Made by a program: the position numbers and the translations under genes. This document shows positions 58,440-64,000 of a stretch of 64,000 nt of DNA, piece after piece. Below the pieces are notes generated by a model. That model worked only from the letters and a program-made list of their open reading frames with translations. It did not search any database and was not told the origin of the DNA. Numbering within the stretch: position 1 is the stretch's first letter; each line of letters begins with the position of its first letter. Source of the stretch: a virus; IMG/VR virus record IMGVR_UViG_3300036766_000837, positions 1-64,000 of that record. One strand, 5' to 3'.

Positions 58440-61400
58440 TAAGAATTGCCTACCTTAACAACCATATTGTTTGCTCCCCTTTCCTTAGATATCTTATTCC
58501 CGACCTTTTCTAGTGTACTATATAGTTGTCTATAGGACTCATCGTTTCCAAAGAAATGCCCTATATCAACATTTATATTTACGGTACTGTTATTGCCTGC
58601 CGCCTTAGAAAGAGCTTTTGAAATATTCGCGGGGACCACAGTTTCGCCAGCATGAAGGAGTGCGGGAGTATTAAATTTCACAACCCCACCACCATGCATC
58701 CCTATTGGGTATCCTGGAGGGGTTCCACCATATTGGGGCATAAAGTCGGCATGGACATGTGTTGTGTGGGGAACCCCGGTATAGGCATGAATAGTTGGAT
58801 TCTCGTCACTCCATATGCTTGTTTTATATATCAAATGCCCCATATGAAGCGGTGCAACATTTTTAAGAGCCCAATTCCATATAGCTGAACGAATCTTTTC
58901 ACTATTGGACATTCCCAGGTCAACGGCGTTTCCATAACTATGTTGTGAAAAGATGTTGGTTCCGGCAATATATTTAACATAATTAAATCCGCCCATTGAA
59001 GTGTTTGGGAATAGATTCTTAATTTGTTGTACGAAAGCCCAAAGAGATTTGGTTATAAGGCCATATGGCGTCTCTATCTTGCCGGGAGCCCCAGGACCGC
59101 CAGCAGGATATCCTCTCCCCATTCCTGCGGCATAGGCCGTTCCAGCCTGTTCTATAAGGGAGTTTAGAGCCCATTGCCCCATCATTTTTGCCGCAGTCCC
59201 AACCATACCTCTTGTCATATCCCCAATTATAGGGGCAAGAAGTTGATATGCCGTTCCTAATGTTGCCATTGGAACCATAGCGAGGTTATAGAGTTGTTCA
59301 CCACTCACTACACTATTTGGAATACCACCTACATATCCGGTTCCACCAACCATCCCCCCAATATGAAATTTACTAAGGCGTTCTAATGCCCTTGCGCCAA
59401 ATTTCTTGACTGTCTTCTTTGAGAAAACATACTCTCCGGGTTGTGCCATTATCGGAACTTCTTCATGAGAACCTTCTATAAGCCCTCCTGTGTGAGCTTT
59501 TGGCCCATATCCAGCGGTGCCCGCATATTTAATGGCTGTTTTTGATACCCCAGCTAATGCGGCAGAGATTTGTTGGATGAAACTAAGCATCAAGGCTTTC
59601 GGCATAGGTTCATGTAGGCCAGCATACTTTGCTTGAGCCGAAGCATATTCAGAAAGAAGGGTAAAGAATTTGCGATCTGCTGGTGTTGAAGCATTGGCCA
59701 ATTCCCCACGCATAGCTTCCGCTGTACTTGCCCCTATAGCCGTGGCATCTCTTATCGCTGCTTGTTCCGCCCATACTCTTGCCTGACGGAATCCTTCCTG
59801 AATGGTTCTGCCATAATCAGCCATAAATATTGCGGCAACATCGTTTATTTGAATCCCATAGGTATCACCTAAAGCTAGGATATCTTTATATTGTTTCTCC
59901 CATTCCTTCTTATTCCTTGGAGTAAATTTAAGAACTTCATCTAATCTATTTTGAAGTAGTGTTCTTTCCTGGTCTATACTTTCCTGCATCGCCTCTTTTT
60001 GCGCATCAAGCGACTCTTGAAGGGCATCTCTTTGCGCATCAAGCATCTCCTGAAGGGCATCTTTTTCTTTATTAAGTTCGTCTATGCGTTTCTGTCTGCG
60101 CCTATCTGCAAGAGTTTGCGTATGTTGTTGGTCAAGGTCTCTTATACTCTGTTGATTGTCTTTATAGTCCGCCTTGGCTTGCATTTCCAAGATTGCGGCA
60201 TCATCATATCTTCCTTCGGCAATGGCCTTAATACGTTCACGATATGCAATCGCCGAATTTAATTCACCTTGCTGTATTAATTGTTCCCTTTGTTGTCTAT
60301 ATTCTCTTTGTTGTTGTAACCAATCTTCTCTTTCGTTTACATCCTCAATTTTTGCAATCTGTGCATCATAAACACCAAGTCGTTTTTCTTCCGTTGCAGT
60401 AAACGCTTCTAATCTTGCTTCAGAACTTTTATCAAATGCGGCGAGTGTTGCTTCGGCATTCTTGTCAAAAGCTTCCAAAACAACATTAGACACATTAGAA
60501 GCGAGACTTCCAAGTTCACTTTCAAGAGCATCCCAATATGCCTGCCCTTCTTCTGTCCCTTTCTTCTTGAATGCATCTGTATCAACTTCTCCGGCCAAAG
60601 TTGCAAAGTCTGCGGCTTGAGCATTAAATGAATCAGCCTCGGCATCAAATAATATTCCACTCCGTTCAATAAGAGATAAAAGTCTTTGATAGAAAAGAAC
60701 CAGTTCTTTAGTGTATTGAACGGATTTGTACTCTTCTTGAACCATCTTCTCATTTCCAACGGCCATAGCCTGAAACATCTTTACCAGATGAGGCCCTATT
60801 GAGGCTTGCGTTAAAGCAAGGTTGTCTTTTATATCACTAATACCCATATTCAATTGGTCTATATCGGCGGTTGATAAGACCTTTAATAAATCTTTGGCCT
60901 CTGAATCTATAGCCAGCATTAGACTATCGCCATTCTCAACACTATTCATAAAGTCATTAAACACCTGATTCATATTGGTTCCATAATCTGTAATATTTTG
61001 GACTTCCTCCGTAATCCCCACAAAATTGGCAAGGGCCATCCTAGCCTTATCATTTATATTCCCCACGAAATCACCAATAGGAATATCTGTTAATTGCCCC
61101 ATCAATCGTGACCACTTTTCGACATCTTCTATATTCTTTGCAAATTCAACACCCGGAAGGTCGAGGGGACCAGCAGGCCCCTTTACCTCTGCCACACCAG
61201 CTATTTCTTTTAATTGTTCTCCCACCGCAGATAAAGCACTTGTCCAAGATTGTTCAAATTCTTCTATATCAGCCTTTTCCGTAATTGTTTTGGCCAACTC
61301 TTGAAATGCATCACTAATCGCCTGAACATGATTAGAGACCGCCTCCGCAATCTCATCTACGTGCCGTCCAAATGTAGAAAAAGCCATTATTACAGTTCCA

Positions 61401-64000
61401 ATCACTGTTGCTAACATCAACCAAGGACTAACTGCTGTAACCAATTTCGATGAGGAGGCAAGAGCTACATTCGCGGTAGTATTCGCTATGGCTGCTCCTG
61501 TTGCCGCTCTTTCCATAACTACAACACTCCCTGTAGCAAGTGCTTGTCGTGTAGCAGCCTCCGCAGTCAAATTTTTAGACACCGCACTAGCTCTCTCTGC
61601 AAGAACACTTGCAAGAGTGGCTGTAGTATCACCACCCTTTACCGCCTTAGCTAAAGCAGCAACAACGGTAAATGCTTTAATTGCACTTCCTGTAGCAACA
61701 TATGCCGTTCCTAATGCCTTCATCATCATGGTTATTTCTTGAATAATCTTAAGCCCCTTAGCAATAACAATAAGGGCCACTAATGAGGCAGTAATTGTTC
61801 CGGCAGCATCAGCATCCTTCAAAAATGCTTTCCCATTTAAAGTTAATAAATCTATGAGGAGTCTAATCCCTTTTGATGCCGCACTAACAACATTTCTTAA
61901 AACGGGACCAATCATGCGAAGAAGTCCTGACACGGCCTTAGACATTCCCAATACTGCTCTTCCCACCAATGAACCTAACTTTCTAAAGGCATCTCCGGTA
62001 CTAACTATACTTTTATCTCCCTGACTAAATACACTTACAATATTTCTAACCAAATCGGCTACCGCGCTTTGTATTATCTCTATCGCTTGTGTAACGTAGG
62101 GAGCCATACCTTGCCAGATAGCATTCCAATTCTTTCCTATCGCTAATAACGCTAATCCAACGGCCGCTATTACAGGAAGGAGACTCTTGAATTGCAATAT
62201 ATATTTAGAAAATCCTTCCGCCTGTGTTGATTTGCTTATCGCCGTAATCGTTCCTGGACCTTGAAGGAATTGAAATGCTTTCGTTGCCGCAGTTTTAACT
62301 TTATCCCAAGCAGTGTTCATTCCCGCTGCAATATTTGTTCCAATAGTAGTAAATAAACCCTTATTTTGTGCTACCTCTTTTGCCCCGATTGCCATTCCAC
62401 CTTCAAGCGCTACAACCTCGGCAGCAGCAACGGAGGTTGCTGATGGTATTGTGGCGGCGGCAATGATGGCAGCCTTTGCCGCTGCTTGAGTGGCAAAGGT
62501 TCCTTCTATTCCGGCAGCGGTCCATCCCGCCGCATATCTTCCAGCGGCAGTACGTGTTTGAACTGCCACCGCTTGTGCCGCTTGACTCTTGAATGCTTCC
62601 GTCGCCCCTAAAGTCATAACTGCCTGATATCGTAATTGTGCTGCCTGGAAAGCCTCTAAAGTTCCTGTTGCTCCGCCTTGGGCAGTAGCAAGAGTCCCAA
62701 ACGCTCCGGCTTGAGCGGCAATGGCTTCCGTCATAGCATTTGTAGCGAGCATCGCTTCGCCCGCAGTTGCCGCAACACTTTGGTTCATTGCTGGCAATCC
62801 GGCAAGAACCATCAATTTGGGATTCTTGGTGGCACGAGCCAACGCAACTAATCCGAATGGGTCTTCCCGACTTACAATATCTCCAACAACAAGATGTGCC
62901 AAACCAGGAACAATTTTTAGTAAACTACCTTCGATTAGATGTAACTGACCATATAGATATGTTAAGGGGCCAATTGCTGCCGCTATTCCGGCAATAGCCA
63001 AGATAGCTTTCTTTGCAGAATCGCTCATGTTATTAAAACCATCAACAATCTTAATAATCCAATTAAAGGCTTGTTGGATATATGGAACCATTATTTTTCC
63101 AAGAGATGCGGCAGCATTTTCAAGACTAACTTTCAATCTATCCCAATTTTTTGCCGCACTATTGAGTACGATACTTAACTGTTCTTCGAATACGGCATGA
63201 GCCCTTGCCGCATCATTAGAAACGGCCATGGCCTTGTTGTAGTCAGATGTACTATCATTCATTGCGTCAAATAACTTGGTCATACGGTCAACCTGACGAA
63301 CACCAAACACATCTGTTAAGAGTCGGGCTGCGGCTCCCGCCTTCATGCCTGGAGTTTTTTCAATTACTTGAAGTAGTGAGGCAAACTCTTCAAGGGCCGG
63401 AATTCCTTTGGCGGCACCCGAAGCCGTATACATCAAATCCCGAAGAGATGTGGTAGAAAATTCCATCTGTTGAGCCATAGCGGCAAATGTCTCCGCAGCC
63501 TTATCTGTAGGAGCGGCAAGACGAAGAAGGCCGAACTTCAATGCATTAGCCGCCTGATTAGCTTGAACACCCTTCTGACGCATACCAGTTAACATCGCGG
63601 CGACCTCAGCAACATTAATTCCAAGAAGTTTTGCGGAAGAAGATACAACGGGAATAGTTATACCCAACTCTTCATATGTTATCGCGGTTTCTGACTGGAT
63701 TAATTGTAATTTCTCAAGTTCGCTAGTAGTTTGTTCTATGGTTAGGTTATAGGTTGACATTACCGAACGGATAAGTTCATAAGAACTTGCCAGGTCAAGG
63801 TCTCCCTGAGTAACCGCCGCAAGTTGCGTTGTAAGGGTTGTTAACTGTAGGTTAAGTTTTTCTTCTACAAATCCTGCGGCAGCCCACAGTGAAGCAACCT
63901 GTACGATATCTGCCTGATGGATTGCCATTTGTTCGGATAGTGCCTCAAATGCCGGACCTAATGTACTATCCATCATTTGGGCGAATTCAGAAACACTTAC
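58439..64000 (-). CDS. Tape measure protein (5' end outside window) with C-terminal Zn-peptidase-like domain
   Basis: TP901-type core (AANALKFGLLRLAAPT), Ala-rich and coiled-coil regions; SQHSYGNAVD...HTTHVH. Confidence 0.9.
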   Translation of the reverse strand, partial: VSVSEFAQMMDSTLGPAFEALSEQMAIHQADIVQVASLWAAAGFVEEKLNLQLTTLTTQLAAVTQGDLDLASSYELIRSVMSTYNLTIEQTTSELEKLQLIQSETAITYEELGITIPVVSSSAKLLGINVAEVAAMLTGMRQKGVQANQAANALKFGLLRLAAPTDKAAETFAAMAQQMEFSTTSLRDLMYTASGAAKGIPALEEFASLLQVIEKTPGMKAGAAARLLTDVFGVRQVDRMTKLFDAMNDSTSDYNKAMAVSNDAARAHAVFEEQLSIVLNSAAKNWDRLKVSLENAAASLGKIMVPYIQQAFNWIIKIVDGFNNMSDSAKKAILAIAGIAAAIGPLTYLYGQLHLIEGSLLKIVPGLAHLVVGDIVSREDPFGLVALARATKNPKLMVLAGLPAMNQSVAATAGEAMLATNAMTEAIAAQAGAFGTLATAQGGATGTLEAFQAAQLRYQAVMTLGATEAFKSQAAQAVAVQTRTAAGRYAAGWTAAGIEGTFATQAAAKAAIIAAATIPSATSVAAAEVVALEGGMAIGAKEVAQNKGLFTTIGTNIAAGMNTAWDKVKTAATKAFQFLQGPGTITAISKSTQAEGFSKYILQFKSLLPVIAAVGLALLAIGKNWNAIWQGMAPYVTQAIEIIQSAVADLVRNIVSVFSQGDKSIVSTGDAFRKLGSLVGRAVLGMSKAVSGLLRMIGPVLRNVVSAASKGIRLLIDLLTLNGKAFLKDADAAGTITASLVALIVIAKGLKIIQEITMMMKALGTAYVATGSAIKAFTVVAALAKAVKGGDTTATLASVLAERASAVSKNLTAEAATRQALATGSVVVMERAATGAAIANTTANVALASSSKLVTAVSPWLMLATVIGTVIMAFSTFGRHVDEIAEAVSNHVQAISDAFQELAKTITEKADIEEFEQSWTSALSAVGEQLKEIAGVAEVKGPAGPLDLPGVEFAKNIEDVEKWSRLMGQLTDIPIGDFVGNINDKARMALANFVGITEEVQNITDYGTNMNQVFNDFMNSVENGDSLMLAIDSEAKDLLKVLSTADIDQLNMGISDIKDNLALTQASIGPHLVKMFQAMAVGNEKMVQEEYKSVQYTKELVLFYQRLLSLIERSGILFDAEADSFNAQAADFATLAGEVDTDAFKKKGTEEGQAYWDALESELGSLASNVSNVVLEAFDKNAEATLAAFDKSSEARLEAFTATEEKRLGVYDAQIAKIEDVNEREDWLQQQREYRQQREQLIQQGELNSAIAYRERIKAIAEGRYDDAAILEMQAKADYKDNQQSIRDLDQQHTQTLADRRRQKRIDELNKEKDALQEMLDAQRDALQESLDAQKEAMQESIDQERTLLQNRLDEVLKFTPRNKKEWEKQYKDILALGDTYGIQINDVAAIFMADYGRTIQEGFRQARVWAEQAAIRDATAIGASTAEAMRGELANASTPADRKFFTLLSEYASAQAKYAGLHEPMPKALMLSFIQQISAALAGVSKTAIKYAGTAGYGPKAHTGGLIEGSHEEVPIMAQPGEYVFSKKTVKKFGARALERLSKFHIGGMVGGTGYVGGIPNSVVSGEQLYNLAMVPMATLGTAYQLLAPIIGDMTRGMVGTAAKMMGQWALNSLIEQAGTAYAAGMGRGYPAGGPGAPGKIETPYGLITKSLWAFVQQIKNLFPNTSMGGFNYVKYIAGTNIFSQHSYGNAVDLGMSNSEKIRSAIWNWALKNVAPLHMGHLIYKTSIWSDENPTIHAYTGVPHTTHVHADFMPQYGGTPPGYPIGMHGGGVVKFNTPALLHAGETVVPANISKALSKAAGNNSTVNINVDIGHFFGNDESYRQLYSTLEKVGNKISKERGANNMVVKVGNS

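Noticed and set aside
59960-60070. 33-bp periodic repeats in the tape measure
   Set aside because: Ordinary 11-aa coiled-coil periodicity of tape measure proteins.
1-64000. Alternative genetic code, DGR/retron or integrase
   Set aside because: Long genes are open in code 11, there is no suppressor-anticodon tRNA, and no reverse transcriptase or integrase motifs were seen.

Overview
This is a 64-kb segment of a large, AT-rich tailed (sipho-like) bacteriophage, with almost all genes on the minus strand. WhiB, Ku, an r1t-type holin and an Rpf/SLT-like enzyme point to an actinobacterial host (inference). Reading in transcription order, the modules are: a tail module (partial tape measure, minor tail, FN3 and HAF-repeat proteins); nucleotide metabolism genes (GMP-reductase/IMPDH family, dCMP deaminase, nucleotidase); and a replication block (intein-containing DnaB, primase, SSB, split DnaE with an HNH intein, RecA, Cas4-like nuclease, two resolvases). 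These are followed by terminase (with intein) and WhiB, then a ~29-kb accessory region of small genes with 12 tRNAs, 9 of them with U34. The most striking feature is the intergenic stretch 2098-2788, a head-to-tail array of seven compact structured RNAs on the minus strand. It includes a 78-nt tmRNA reduced to its alanyl-tRNA-like domain with no tag reading frame, two three-way junctions with complementary kissing loops that resemble the SRP Alu domain, and a tRNA mimic with a greatly extended anticodon arm. The array lies just upstream of a ubiquitin-E2-like/Cys-rich gene. All RNA folds were derived by eye and all protein calls from motifs; no searches were run.
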